This document shows, in pieces, positions 51,549 through 63,109 of a stretch of 64,000 nucleotides of DNA; positions within the stretch are counted from its first letter, which is position 1; each line of letters begins with the position of its first letter. Source of the stretch: Fistulifera solaris. Lineage: Eukaryota. The translations under genes and the position numbers were made by a program. The notes beneath the pieces were generated by a model. That model did not search any database. It was not told where the DNA came from and saw only the letters and a list, made by a program, of their open reading frames with translations. The stretch lies in contig AP026154.1 in assembly GCA_030295235.1 (NCBI GenBank), positions 496,001 to 560,000 on the forward strand, in the 5' to 3' direction.

Positions 51549-52412
51549 CTATGAATCTTGCTTTTCTACATCCTTCTTGTTATTATTGCGACCAAGCAGA
51601 CTCGATACTTTGCGTTCAAACGAACTGACCGTTAGTCCTCCCACTACCAACGGAACCCACAATAGGGAATACGGCAACAATCCATCACGCAACAAGTGCT
51701 CTGAAATCCATCCGATCAAGGAACTGTTAACTATTGTCGTCCAATGCCACCAAAGGGTTCCATTGATACTTCCCAGAACGAGGCCCACCGCAATTTGTTC
51801 CCACGTATGATAGGCTTTGATACAGACACGATAATACAAGCTCATCGCCACATAGATCACCAAAGGACCTGCCGTGATGGGAAATTGCCAGGCGGTGAAC
51901 ATACCAATGAACCCCAAACTCATGGCGTGGGATGATGGCATGCCATGATCGTTGGGTATGGTAATATCGTTACTGGTGGTTGCATTCTCCACACTGGCTG
52001 TAATAGGACGTTCTTGTCGCAGGAGTCGTTTGAGTATTTTCGACAAAATTCCGTTCGAAACGGAACCAATAAATAAGGAAACCGTCAAAGCATTCCGATA
52101 CCAAACGATGGCGCAAAAGACGGAACCGCCGACGAGTAACGAAGTGGTAGATCCGACGAGTCGAATTAGGTTTGTCATAGGATCTTGTTCGTTTGTAGTA
52201 GTACGAGTGTCATCGTCGGAAGGAGACGCCTGCATGCGTTTTAGTGTGACAAGAACCGCCTGTTTCCGATTCGAATGTACGGAGAATGGTCTGTGATGCA
52301 TCGTAGTTGTAACTGTCGTCGGCATCATCGGCATGTGTGACACTCGAAAGGCCTCAATGGTCGGAAAGGCGGCAGAAATAACTAAAAACACGAATGTAAC
52401 AAGACTCAACAT
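51549..52412 (-). CDS. PAP2-family lipid phosphate phosphatase (LPP-epsilon/dolichyl-PP phosphatase-like), plastid-type leader
   Basis: KRLLRQERP, GMPSSH and YYRV..AYHTWEQIAVG; signal peptide cleavage IEA-F followed by a Thr/Ser/Arg-rich transit peptide. Confidence 0.87.
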   Translation of the reverse strand: MLSLVTFVFLVISAAFPTIEAFRVSHMPMMPTTVTTTMHHRPFSVHSNRKQAVLVTLKRMQASPSDDDTRTTTNEQDPMTNLIRLVGSTTSLLVGGSVFCAIVWYRNALTVSLFIGSVSNGILSKILKRLLRQERPITASVENATTSNDITIPNDHGMPSSHAMSLGFIGMFTAWQFPITAGPLVIYVAMSLYYRVCIKAYHTWEQIAVGLVLGSINGTLWWHWTTIVNSSLIGWISEHLLRDGLLPYSLLWVPLVVGGLTVSSFERKVSSLLGRNNNKKDVEKQDS

Positions 52413-53466
52413 ATGAGTGAATGTTAGGACTCAATCAATAGCTGTAGTAAAAGTGATTTAGCAGGGGATGAATCTGTTTTTCACGTTATTGTCGTTGGCA
52501 ACTTTTTGAGCGACGAAAAAGTGCGATGTAGCAAGTGATGGTGAATGTGATGACGCGAGAGGGCGAGCAAAAGGTAGAGTTGACCAACGGACACCGCTGC
52601 GAGGTACTTCCTTAAACACTATCCGTGGACACAGCTAGAACAGATCAAGGGTACCGTACCGTACTGGTACCGTACCAAAGCTACAGTTGCCTGCATCGCC
52701 CATTATGTTGTTTTTGTTCTGTTGAAAAGCCAACAGGCAGAACAAACGAGCTGCTAAACTCCTCGTCTTATACAACATGCCCGTGAGCATCTCTTGCACA
52801 AAAACCCAGATTTGAATATGACACGATGTTATTCCGGAATACATAATCAACAACAATTCGTGCAGGACGGCTTAGGACGTCGTTATCACTAGGCATCTGC
52901 TTTCCCCACAATGAAGTCAGATGCATTTGCGTGAAAGCCTTGTTTGGATTGGACATGTAAAGGTTTACTTGGGAAAGGATAAAGTATTGTCTAACAAAGG
53001 AACTGCGAAATCCTAGGGGACGAATAAAAGGATCCCTGTTGGAAATACGGCTCAGACATTGTTGATCCTAGCGAGGCATCTAAGGTGAGCCTGGCAAAGG
53101 AAGCAAGCGAAACAATAAACGTAAGGTGTTCTACAATCGTTTTGTCGTAATGGCCTTGTATGCCTCTGCTACCGAAGAAAAGGTTCTACTTCGGAACGAG
53201 GCCCACGAGTGAGTCTACTCAAAGTAGGCATTGTTGCAATCCATTTCCAATTAAACTCCTGCCACAACTTATGAGGTTAGGGAAAACAATTGAGTCAACA
53301 GACTAGACAATTCGTAACGTGACGAAAGAACAAAGTAAATTACTTGATAGATATTCCTCTATCCTATCCTATACAAGCGTCTTCTCGATGATCCATCCGT
53401 CCGTTCTACTTGTATTTTTCTCTTATCGGTCTCTGCTTAGTTAACTATCCTATCCTTAGCCATTCC

Positions 53467-53686
53467 TTAACCACCCACCAAAATGTTGTTAATGGGAATG
53501 TGAATCAATTTGACAAAGAAGCCAATAAACCCCATAATCAAAAAAGCCAATACTGGTCGCTCGGGCAATTTGCGTAAACTCTTTGCGATCCGGTTTGGTG
53601 CATTTTTGCACCAAATGCAAAGAATCCTTGGCAAATTGACGCAAGGGTTCGACGAGTACTTCTTGAAAGCCTTGTTTGTCGGACAT
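53467..53686 (-). CDS. SEC61G: Sec61 translocon gamma subunit, 72 aa; extra base in A6 53540-53545
   Basis: [26 protein letters not shown], then with one base removed [28 protein letters not shown]. Confidence 0.95.
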
Positions 53687-53736
53687 TTTAATTAGAGTAA
53701 TGGGTTGTTTGTGCTGTTTCAACACGAAACGAATGA

Positions 53737-53761
53737 AGCAAGCAAGCAAGCAAGCAAGCAA
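53737..53761. repeat. (GCAA)n microsatellite
   Basis: About six GCAA units upstream of Sec61-gamma. Confidence 0.8.
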
Positions 53762-54436
53762 TAGCAATAGGAAGGAAAAGGAATGCGTGAGAAAGTAACT
53801 ATAGGATAAGAAGAAAAAAAGAAGCAACAAACACACGCCCCATCACGGGGTCATTAGGCCAAGGACGCTCGACGGGGCCAACGCGGTTCCTGAGGGCGTT
53901 TCATGCGAGCTGTTTCACTTTTGAACGCCTCCTCCTTCTCTCTCAATTCAAACAGTTTTTTCATTTTATAAACGTACCGAGCCAAACAAGAAAAAAAGAG
54001 TACGTTTGATGAATTCTTTCGATGACAAGTAACACAAATATGCCTTCAAATGATGCGTTTGCCAAAGTACTGTACAAGTAACAGCCGCACTTTTCTGTTT
54101 TGCGAGAGGCGTGGAAGTGACCGTCTGTCCGTTATTCCACTCCCATAAGTCGTGAGCGGAGAGCGGAGAGCCGTTTGGGAGTGGAGGAGTGAGGAGTCGT
54201 CAGTCGTCGTGACTGACGACGACAAACACGCACGACGCACGTCTGTCCGTAGGTCGCGAATGATTTTTTGCGTGCATTCTTCGCTTCGACGACGACGGCG
54301 ACTCCCATTCATCGTTTTCTTGTCGCCTACAATTCTTTCACAGAATACGGAGTAATTCACAATCCGTTACTTATTCTATCGATCTTGCTTTCCTATTCTT
54401 CCTTGTCCTTTCTTTTCTACCTTCTTCTAATTATTC

Positions 54437-54478
54437 ATTTCATTTCATTTCATTTCATTTCATTTCATTTCATTTCAT
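54437..54478. repeat. (ATTTC)n pentanucleotide repeat
   Basis: About eight ATTTC units immediately 5' of ATG 54488. Confidence 0.85.
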
Positions 54479-54487
54479 GCTCAAAAG

Positions 54488-55150
54488 ATGGAACGATCCA
54501 AATTACAAGCACTGCACGATAGTTTATCGAAATTGCGGAATGTTCCTTTAGGACAACACGGAGCTTCCTATTCCTGGCATAAAACCGTTCGGCCTTCCGA
54601 CAATTATGGTTTACCCAATAATGCGCTCTATGCACATTTTGTACCGGAAGGTATTTCTACTGCGGCTACTACTGCAAATAATCATGGAGATGGACGATTC
54701 ATTCAACGGGATTTTTCGCATCTTGTAAAAAAGGATGATTCCGATGACAACAACAGCAAAAAAGAACGTCGCAAACAGGCCAAGAAAGAAGCGGCAAAAG
54801 CCGCCAAATTAGAAGCGAAGCGATTGGCAAAATTAGAAGAAAAGAAGCGACTGAAGAAACTAAACAAACAGCAGAGTATGGAATCCAATACGAGTCAACC
54901 AGACAACAAGGATACTCCCACTGTACATGAAATAAAAGAGAAAAAACAAAAGAAGGAAAAGAAGAAAAAAAAGAAGGAGCAGTTATTTCCAGAAGAAAAT
55001 ACGGTTGTTGAGGAATCATCATCCACTGTGGATCAGAAGCAAAAGAGGAAACGGAAAAGAGAGGAAGCGGTCGAAACATCGACCAACGAATCATTCACAA
55101 CAAAACCCAATAAGAAATCGAAAAAAGACAAAAAGAAATCGGCCAAATAA
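54488..55150 (+). CDS. Lys/Glu-rich hypothetical protein, possibly nucleolar
   Basis: 220-aa ORF; ordered N-terminus (NNALYAHFVPEG) followed by KKE-rich low-complexity tail. Confidence 0.7.
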   Translation: MERSKLQALHDSLSKLRNVPLGQHGASYSWHKTVRPSDNYGLPNNALYAHFVPEGISTAATTANNHGDGRFIQRDFSHLVKKDDSDDNNSKKERRKQAKKEAAKAAKLEAKRLAKLEEKKRLKKLNKQQSMESNTSQPDNKDTPTVHEIKEKKQKKEKKKKKKEQLFPEENTVVEESSSTVDQKQKRKRKREEAVETSTNESFTTKPNKKSKKDKKKSAK

Positions 55151-55360
55151 TTTGATTTCTGCGAAAAGATTTCAGACGGTAGCTAAATTTTCGTCTTGAT
55201 ATTTCACTTAAGGGCATCTTTCGAATCGCTGCAATTTTCGATAAAATTGTTCGGTACGGAGTATTGCTAATTGCCTTTTAGTTCTTGTTTTAATAGGCAC
55301 GTGGTTTTTGACGCGGTCGAAGTCGAAAACGTCGCATACTATACTATTCGTGGATTCAAC

Positions 55361-56488
55361 TCACCAATCATCACTGTTGGTGGTGTAATAATCCAAATCG
55401 TGCAAGATCAATTCCGTCAAATCCAGTACTTCAAAGACACCATCTTCGACGGGTAAAGTACTCGTCACGGTCGGGATCGAATTGGTCACCCAGAATTTGT
55501 CAAAACAATGTCGATCTCCACCCACATTAAATCGTTGAAAACTTTGATTCGGAAAAACGGCATGTGTCACAAAGGCCGAAACACTCGCCGCACCGGCTTG
55601 CTTCAATACGAGCGCCGACTCGTACAAGGTCCCACCCGTTTGCACTAAATCATCGACAATACAAATGTGTTTCCCGGCGACGTTTCCATCTTGAATGACA
55701 ACCGTACGTTGATCGTTCGGACCCCGCGTTTTGCCACAGACAATGAGTTCAAATTCGTCTTGAAAAAATGCCCCAAAACGTTTGGCGGCACCATCATCCG
55801 GAAAGGCAATCCCATCAATATTGGTGGATTTCAATTGTCGTTTTAATAAGGGAATCGCCGAATGCAACGATGCCACGGCATTGCCGTGCAAATAAAACCG
55901 GTTCTGAAGTGTATGCAAATCGTACACCATCAACCGCGTGGGACGACCACAACTGGGCAAGGAACTGAACATGTGCGCATATGTAGCCGCCGTGGCGACT
56001 TGTCCTTCCCGTGTGACACGTTCCATCGTCCCGACGGGAGAATAGGGCAATACGACCGTGAGAGAAGCCACGAAGGATTGCAACAAACAAATTAGGACTT
56101 GAAATTGCGACAAGGTGACATCGTTGTTGTGAAAACTGGCCAAGAACAAGACGTGTTGACCACTGAGTTCGTTGTGCGGATAAAAGCCAGTCATTTCAAT
56201 GTTATCGGTACCATCGGGAAATTTGTTCCAATGCGTCTTGTGAAAGACAAAGCGTTCCGAATCGAATTGTTGAATTTGTAGAGCCAGTGGTTCTGCCGCT
56301 TGTGCTGCGAGAATGTGATAGCGTGGAAAGGAAGAAGAAGAAGATGCCGTGTTGGGTGAACTATGAAAGAGACGGAACGAGCGTCGGTGACGTTGTGAAG
56401 ACGATGATGATGATTCAGCCCAACTATGTACGGTGGATGTGTAACACAGGAGGGCTGTCAAGCAGATGATGGGGAGTTTTCCTATCAT
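55361..56488 (-). CDS. PRS: Ribose-phosphate pyrophosphokinase, class II (plant PRS3/4-like), plastid-type leader
   Basis: WNKFPDG, VLPYSPVGTMERV, YDLHTLQNRFY, FPDDGAAKRF, IVDDLVQTGGTL and VTHAVFP. Start taken at MIGKLPIICLTALLC with cleavage VHS-W. Confidence 0.9.
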   Translation of the reverse strand: MIGKLPIICLTALLCYTSTVHSWAESSSSSSQRHRRSFRLFHSSPNTASSSSSFPRYHILAAQAAEPLALQIQQFDSERFVFHKTHWNKFPDGTDNIEMTGFYPHNELSGQHVLFLASFHNNDVTLSQFQVLICLLQSFVASLTVVLPYSPVGTMERVTREGQVATAATYAHMFSSLPSCGRPTRLMVYDLHTLQNRFYLHGNAVASLHSAIPLLKRQLKSTNIDGIAFPDDGAAKRFGAFFQDEFELIVCGKTRGPNDQRTVVIQDGNVAGKHICIVDDLVQTGGTLYESALVLKQAGAASVSAFVTHAVFPNQSFQRFNVGGDRHCFDKFWVTNSIPTVTSTLPVEDGVFEVLDLTELILHDLDYYTTNSDDW

Positions 56489-57371
56489 TCTAAGTTTATC
56501 TCGGAAGGTTTTGGTTGTATCTTTGAGAAAAGATTCGAATGGTCGAACGCATTTTACTGGTAGTTTCATCGGCATCCTTCCTTTATTATTCCTTCTTGTT
56601 CTCTCACTGTTCGTTTTCGTTCGTCGGCGCGCCAAAAAGTATGCGGCTCTCGTCTCTGAGAGTTTGTACGGCGTACGGCAATGTGTATCGGAAAGACACG
56701 GATAACGAGGCACGTGCGTACGTAGTTCGGAGTGCACAGCGTCAAGTTCTGAATCCTGAATCCAGTAGGGTACTGCCAGATCGGAATATATGTGAAAAAG
56801 TGAAACGAAAAATGGAGAATTCAGTCGAATGTCAAGATTACATTCTGACGTTAGGAAAATAGGAATAAATATCATGAGCATGAACAAACGTTTTTTACCG
56901 TGGACCGCGCTTGTACTTTGTATGGAGCAATCGTTCAATCGTTCACAAATTACTTACATAGCCAAAAGCCAAAAGCAGCAAGTGTCTCACTGAACTTGAC
57001 GAATCGATACAAAAAGTACTATCCCACCCTATCACTTATCACTTCTTAAGGACGAAGCACGTGTCTAATGTCTAAGTTTGATATGGAAACGACTCCACGT
57101 CACGTTATCCGACTGATCGGCATTATTTCTTGTTCCTTTCATAAAAATGGCAGGTGCAGATCCTTATTTGTTTCTTTTATCATTATTATTTATTCATTCA
57201 TTCGTTCGCTCTCCTTCATGTTCAATTTTCTAGCCTTTGTTACGAAAGCTGATCAACCTTGTTCTAAATCATAAACATAAACAAGCGAAGCATCATCCTA
57301 TCCTAACCTATCCTAACCTATCCGATGCTCCATTTGTCTATGATTAACTTCGACAACAACACAACGCAATC

Positions 57372-58418
57372 ATGTCATCTCTGTTCGATTTTGCTGTCAC
57401 GACCATTTTTGCCCGTGAATTCTTAGAAGGATCGATTATTATTGGAGAATATCGAACCATTGTCTTGAGAGGAGGCACCGAACAAACTCTGGCACCCGGA
57501 TTGTTACCCGAAGATGCTCTCGCAGCCATTACTCTGGCCGCTCTCGTCGCGACGGGTTTGGCTTTGCTGGTGATTGCCGCCATTGCCATTCCATTGGCCG
57601 TCTTATCGAATGAGTTTGATAGCACCACTTCCAATATTATTGAAGGTGTCTCGAAAATAGTTGCCGGTATTTCGCTATTGCAATTGTCTTTGAAATTACC
57701 CAAATTCTTGGGTTTGTACGGAAGTACCAAGAAACGCGTTAATCACAGCAATTCTTCCGATGGACGATTAACCTTGCGTTCGATTCATTTCAATGTCGCT
57801 TGGAATATATGGAGAGAAGTCGCAGAATGTGGTGTCTTTTTAATTCCCTTCTTTCTCGCGGGAGAACAATTGAAAGCCATTCCATTGTCGGCTCTAATTG
57901 GTTCCTTTATTGGATTGTTAGTCGGTGTCGGAATTTATGTCGCCAATCAACAATTGCCCAACAAAACGGCACTGGCTCTTTTTGGTGTCTTGCTATTGGT
58001 CTTTTTGGCGGCAGGCTTGTTTACGGGAGGATGTCACAAGATTGAACTGGAGGTGAGCTCGACCCCACAAGTGTGGGAATTGTCAAATGACTTCTGGTCC
58101 GTCGATCGATTGCCCATGACCATTTTGAAACCTTTTGGATACAATGATTCAAGGACGATTTTGGAAATAGCGTGTTACTGGTCGTGTCTTTTCTTGGCAG
58201 GGGTATTGCATGTTTGCAAATACCGACGCGCAGCTTTGGTATCCGCTTTGTCCAATACAGACCACAAGGAATCGACGAACGACGTAGTTCTACCGGCGGA
58301 AGATCAAGAGACAGTGGAGCCGACACTGACCGATTCAATTTATCGCAAGAGTACGGGAGGAGATGAAGAAGAAGGGACATTGGAGTTAGGAAGGAATGGC
58401 GACAATGAATGTATGTAA
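57372..58418 (+). CDS. FTR1: FTR1-family high-affinity iron permease
   Basis: Two RExxE motifs (AREFLE, WREVAE), about 7 TM segments, and IIEGVSKIVA. Confidence 0.88.
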   Translation: MSSLFDFAVTTIFAREFLEGSIIIGEYRTIVLRGGTEQTLAPGLLPEDALAAITLAALVATGLALLVIAAIAIPLAVLSNEFDSTTSNIIEGVSKIVAGISLLQLSLKLPKFLGLYGSTKKRVNHSNSSDGRLTLRSIHFNVAWNIWREVAECGVFLIPFFLAGEQLKAIPLSALIGSFIGLLVGVGIYVANQQLPNKTALALFGVLLLVFLAAGLFTGGCHKIELEVSSTPQVWELSNDFWSVDRLPMTILKPFGYNDSRTILEIACYWSCLFLAGVLHVCKYRRAALVSALSNTDHKESTNDVVLPAEDQETVEPTLTDSIYRKSTGGDEEEGTLELGRNGDNECM

Positions 58419-58465
58419 TAAAAAAATGTCAAGTCTAGAGTATGTTAACATTATCTAAAAGAATC

Positions 58466-60636
58466 CTACGACGACTTCGCCAACTTACGCAACTCGGCAT
58501 TAGTCAATCGTGTCTTTTCGTCACTGTCTAAATGGTTCCAGTCGCCATCAAACCCCTTCTTAGCTTTCATCAAGGCCATTGGGAACAGTTTCGCTTTGAG
58601 TTGAGTATCTATGTCGTCCAGATAGTCATTAACAGCATCTTGTTCTTCACGAGGATGGACGCCATCCTGTTTTTCGTCGTTGTCGTCATCATCTTCGTCG
58701 ATCGCATTGTCAACATAATCTTTTACCTTGACAAATTGCATGGCACAGTATAAACGACTAATCTCCCATTCGGTCGCCGAAATACTTCCATGTCGGTTCA
58801 AAACATTCATTGTGTATAAACTGCTTTGACAAGAACTCTTTTCATGGTTCTGCTGATAAAACTCGTGGAAGTTGTGCACTGATTCCAATTCAAGTCCAAC
58901 CGATTCGGCCAAAGCCTCCAAGGCTGGCAGTGGAGACAACCATTCGGGTAAATTCACGGCATCCGCTTTTGCATCATTGCCGTTACCATCCAACAGGGTA
59001 AAACTATACTCTAATCCGAACCAATTCTTGATGATGTTCGCGTTGTTGCATTCTTCACTTTCGTGATCGGTTGCAAACAATCGCCGCAAAATAGGAGCCG
59101 CAAATTGAATCTGACACAATCCACCCCCCAGCCGGATCGCCACCGGATCATCCTCGTCTCTTATTGCATGAAAATCACAACCTGTTTGCATCAAATGTTC
59201 GACAACTACCCGCGCATCCATGGTGGTAATCAACAATTTCCCACCCTTGGTCAACAGTTGACTCACGGTCCGAAAAAATCGTTTCGCTCGTTTCTCCGAA
59301 GACATCATGTAATGAATCGCAAATTGGATGGACACGACATCAAACGAATCGTCCAAGCCAATCCCCCCTCCCTTTTGCCACGTAAAGACTGGCTCCGACG
59401 ATGAGGACGCTTCCTGGTGCAAAGACCACGTCAATAACGATTCCAATTGTGGACCTTTCCGGGTCTGTTTGTAACGCCCCGGCACATTGGCTCCCAAATC
59501 TGCACACGAAAACGTACAGCGCGGCAATTGTTGACGTAAATTCCGGGCGCGCTTCGCGGCATCTTGTAGAGATCCCCGTGCTACATCCATACCGACATAA
59601 TTTTGAATCTTCCCCAAAGTCCATTTGGTCAAATCTCCACCTTTGCCACAGGCCAAATCCAAAATTCGAGCCGCCTTGTTGCCAAAAGTCGCATAAAAGT
59701 GTTGAATTTGCATCGCTTTGACCCATCCATTGTAATTGCGCATATGATAAATTTGCGATTGCCATCGAAATTCGAGTGTGCGATCAAGATTGAATAGAAT
59801 TCATCGGCCGCGGCGGCACTGGCGTCCTGATGAAATGCATCACGGGTTCGTTGGTTGGCAGTAGTTTCGGTGATGGTATCAAGAGGTGGTTGGCGTGATG
59901 GTTGGATAGTGGGTCGTTTGTAGGAATTTATAGTACCGTTGGTCTCCTGTTTGTGCTCCTCCAAGGGTCGTTTGCGTGAATTTGCCACTGTTGTCGCCGT
60001 AGTTGTTGGGAATGCCTCATGCTCGGGTGAGTCGTTTTCGGTCGGAGGCTGCCATAAGTTCGAAGTAGTAGTATTATAAGCATCATACTCCATGTCAGGC
60101 GTCGGTGGATGCCATAATTCTGTTGTTGTTGTGGTTGTTGTTGTTGCTTCTTCTTTCACGGTCTTTGTTTCGAGTTGCGACCACGATGTTAAAACATGCA
60201 AGGAAACAACAGAATCATTATTTGATGAAGCATCATCCGTCAAGCGCAACAATCCCCATCGTTGATATTTATCGGGTAACAATAAAGCCAATGGGTATTT
60301 CGATTGTGTCAGAAATTGTCGAAATTGATGCGCATTTGTTTCGTGTTGTGGTGTGGCAAAGGGCGGTGCGGCGACTGCCAGTGTACAAGGCACAGGGAAC
60401 TCCCATTCTTCCTCCTCCTTCAATTGAATGTATGCCGCCACCACAAGAGTACGACTCAGTGGTGGTTCTGGGGCATCCGAATACGAATACACGGAAGCAA
60501 TTTTGACTAAATCGGGTGAATGCGAATGCTTGAAGAACTCTTTCATTTCTTCAAGAGACGATAACAAAGGCAATTCTTGTTTCACACGACATAAATCGTG
60601 TTTTGCTTTTGCCGGAGTCGTGGGATAGAGCGGCAT
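58466..60636 (-). CDS. RNMT: mRNA cap guanine-N7 methyltransferase with long N-terminal extension; frame break at 59790-59791
   Basis: HMRNYNGWVKAMQI, RILDLACGKGGDLTKW, FDVVSIQFAIHY, FGLEYSFTL and EWEISRLY. Upstream ORF 59629..60636 joins with one added base (FYSNLDRTLEFRWQSQIYHMR). Confidence 0.9.
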
Positions 60637-60931
60637 CTTGACTGTGTATTGTGATTTATTTAAAAAGGAAAGAGTAAATAGGAAAGAAGGATACGTTGAT
60701 GAAAATGCGACGATTTTTCATCCTAGAGAGAGTCGTCTCTTGTGGAAATGAAATGCCGACGAAGAAGAACGATCAGTCACTATTGAGCCATGGGTCACGA
60801 ATGAAACAAAAGACAAGGGCGGAAGTCACTGTAACCCGGGAGTCACAGGTACAATCAAGAAACACAACCATCAGATCATTTTTATCGTAATATTGCTTTA
60901 TTTACTTCACCTTTTCTTTTATTTCCATTAT

Positions 60932-61423
60932 TTAACAAGAGTTACCACGACAAGAAGCCGCATCGACGGAACACGTCAAAGTGCATTCGGAGGAGCGTCG
61001 TTCGAACAAATAACCGTGCACCGCGATACGGCACACGGAATCGGGTTCTTCTACTAACGCCTTGCAGATTTGGGGATTTTGTGCCGTCGTTTCTTTGCAG
61101 GCCCAACCATCCCAATTGTCGTCGAGGCGAGCTCGACGTTCAAAGGTCACGTACAAATCAACACGGGCGTTCGGATCCAAGCACGACAACGTACAATCAC
61201 AACCAATATCAGCCGGTTGAAAGACTTCAAAGACCTGCCATTCGCGTTGATTTAAACGAAAGGAGAGTTCTCCGCCAGAATCAAGCGTTCGTGTCGTCAA
61301 CTGATTGAAGCATGTTGTCACGAAGGTACCGATCGTCTCGCGATCGTCTCCACCGAATAGATCGGTAGCATGACAAGTCACGCCAAGTAGAGTCAACAGA
61401 AAAACGCGAAGAGCGAAGGGCAT
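60932..61423 (-). CDS. Small secreted Cys-rich protein, PPC (pre-peptidase C-terminal)-like; paralog 1
   Basis: Signal peptide MPFALRVFLLTLLGVTCHA; VDLYVTFERRARL..WAC..PQIC..CRIAVHGY. Clear paralogy to 62138-62635. Confidence 0.75.
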   Translation of the reverse strand: MPFALRVFLLTLLGVTCHATDLFGGDDRETIGTFVTTCFNQLTTRTLDSGGELSFRLNQREWQVFEVFQPADIGCDCTLSCLDPNARVDLYVTFERRARLDDNWDGWACKETTAQNPQICKALVEEPDSVCRIAVHGYLFERRSSECTLTCSVDAASCRGNSC

Positions 61424-62137
61424 GGACTTAACTTGTAGGAAGGATGATGCAACGCAATGGTTGGTTTCAAAGGCGTCAAGTGTCGGTTTGTTTGGACAAA
61501 AGATCACAATGGCGGTGCGCGTTCATGCTTGCTCGTCGAAACGGTGCTTCGAAGTCATAAAAGTCGTCCATTCTTTTTACTGTGTTTCTGATTACAACAT
61601 TACTACGTCCTTTGTATTCTGTATTGCTGGTTCCTTCTTAAAGAAAAGCGGAGAAGAGTGTCACGAATGTAGAAAAGACTGTAGTGCAATAAGAAAATGG
61701 GTCATAGAATGCCTTTATTTGTCACAAGAGAGAATTGGAGGTCATTTGACATGGTTTTCCAGATTTTTCGGCTTTGGGACTTTCGCGTTTTCGTCAAGCG
61801 ACCCAACTACTTGTATCTTTTCTTCCCCCTCCCCACTTTTTTTTCCTTGTTGGAATAATGGCAAGTGCACCCACCATCCATGAAAGTACTGGTACCACCA
61901 CTAATCGAAGCAAGTAATCGAAAACGACAAGCACCTGAGACGCTAGGAACGACAAGCAAGCTGAAATCTGAAATGGGACGCCTGTCTGTGATAAGTTGCC
62001 GATGCTTAAATTGACGGTTCTCTTCCTTCACTCAATCAGATGTGACTGTTATTTTCCACATGTATAGTTTCACAATATCACATAAAATTTGTATTACATT
62101 ATAGTTGTTCGCAGTTCTTGTAATATCGGTTTTCACC

Positions 62138-62635
62138 TCATCCGTCGGCCCCATCCACGGTGCATCTGATTTCGCATTTCGAATGCGGACGATCCAACAA
62201 GTCACCGCGTACAGCGACAAGACAAGTCGAGTCGGGCTCGGGGACGGAAACTTGACACGTTTGCGTGTTCTTGGGAAGAGTTTGCCTGCAATCCCACCCG
62301 TCCCAGTTGTCGTTTAAGCGAGGACGATGCTCGTAGGTCAAGTACATGTCAACGCGCGACGTGACGTCGAGACAAGTAGTCGTACAGTTGCAACCAACAT
62401 CGGCTTCTTGGAAGACTTCGAAAATTATCCATGCATTTTCGTTCAAATCGAATACCTCTGTAGCACCGGAATCGATCACCCGGGTCGTAAGGCGATTGAA
62501 GCAACTCACGAGCGCGGTCGTGAAGGTGGCGCGGTCGCCGAAAAAAGCGACAGCGTGATTCTGCGAGGAAATGCTAAACAAGAAAACCGAAAGGGCAGTT
62601 ATTTTAAGACTCATTGAGACATAAGAAGACTTCAT
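62138..62635 (-). CDS. Small secreted Cys-rich protein, PPC-like; paralog 2
   Basis: Signal peptide; CFNRLTTRVIDSG, FEVFQEADVGCNC, VDMYLTYEHRPRLNDNWDGWDC and CLVAVRG align with paralog 1, with Cys positions conserved. Confidence 0.75.
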   Translation of the reverse strand: MKSSYVSMSLKITALSVFLFSISSQNHAVAFFGDRATFTTALVSCFNRLTTRVIDSGATEVFDLNENAWIIFEVFQEADVGCNCTTTCLDVTSRVDMYLTYEHRPRLNDNWDGWDCRQTLPKNTQTCQVSVPEPDSTCLVAVRGDLLDRPHSKCEIRCTVDGADG

Positions 62636-63109
62636 GATTTTGATGGCTTGCTTTTCTAGATTTCCTTCCAATCGGTTCTTCTTGACTGGGAAAATAATGT
62701 GATGCGAGATGAAAGATTGCAAATTGCAATGGGCGACAGAGATGTCAAAGAATTTGTTTACTTTATCCAAGCGACCCACCCATCTACGAAATTGTGTACT
62801 AATGTCATGATGACAAAGAACCAGTCATTGTGCAAGTCATTGTTAAACAGACCAACATCCAACATATTATTCAATAGTGTTTTTAGAATGCGTTCGCTCG
62901 TTGGTAGAAGCGTCTCTCGCAAACGGAATCCGAAGTCTGCACCCAAGCAAACGAGAATGTGTCCTGCCACCTGCCACACAAGCCACATGGGTGTATTTGT
63001 TGAGATCGATCAGTCTGAAAGAGAGATAGCAAACTGCGCCTTGGTTTAGCGCGCCGCGTTAATGTGTGATGCGTACCAAATGCGTTACCCACGTTAAGTT
63101 TAGTTTGAG

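Noticed and set aside
56489..56938. 150-codon in-frame extension upstream of the PRPP synthase
   Set aside because: Not protein-like, and a clear signal peptide begins at ATG 56488.
57295..57322. CCTAT/CCTAA repeats resembling telomeric sequence
   Set aside because: Five-base units rather than CCCTAA arrays; an ordinary short repeat.
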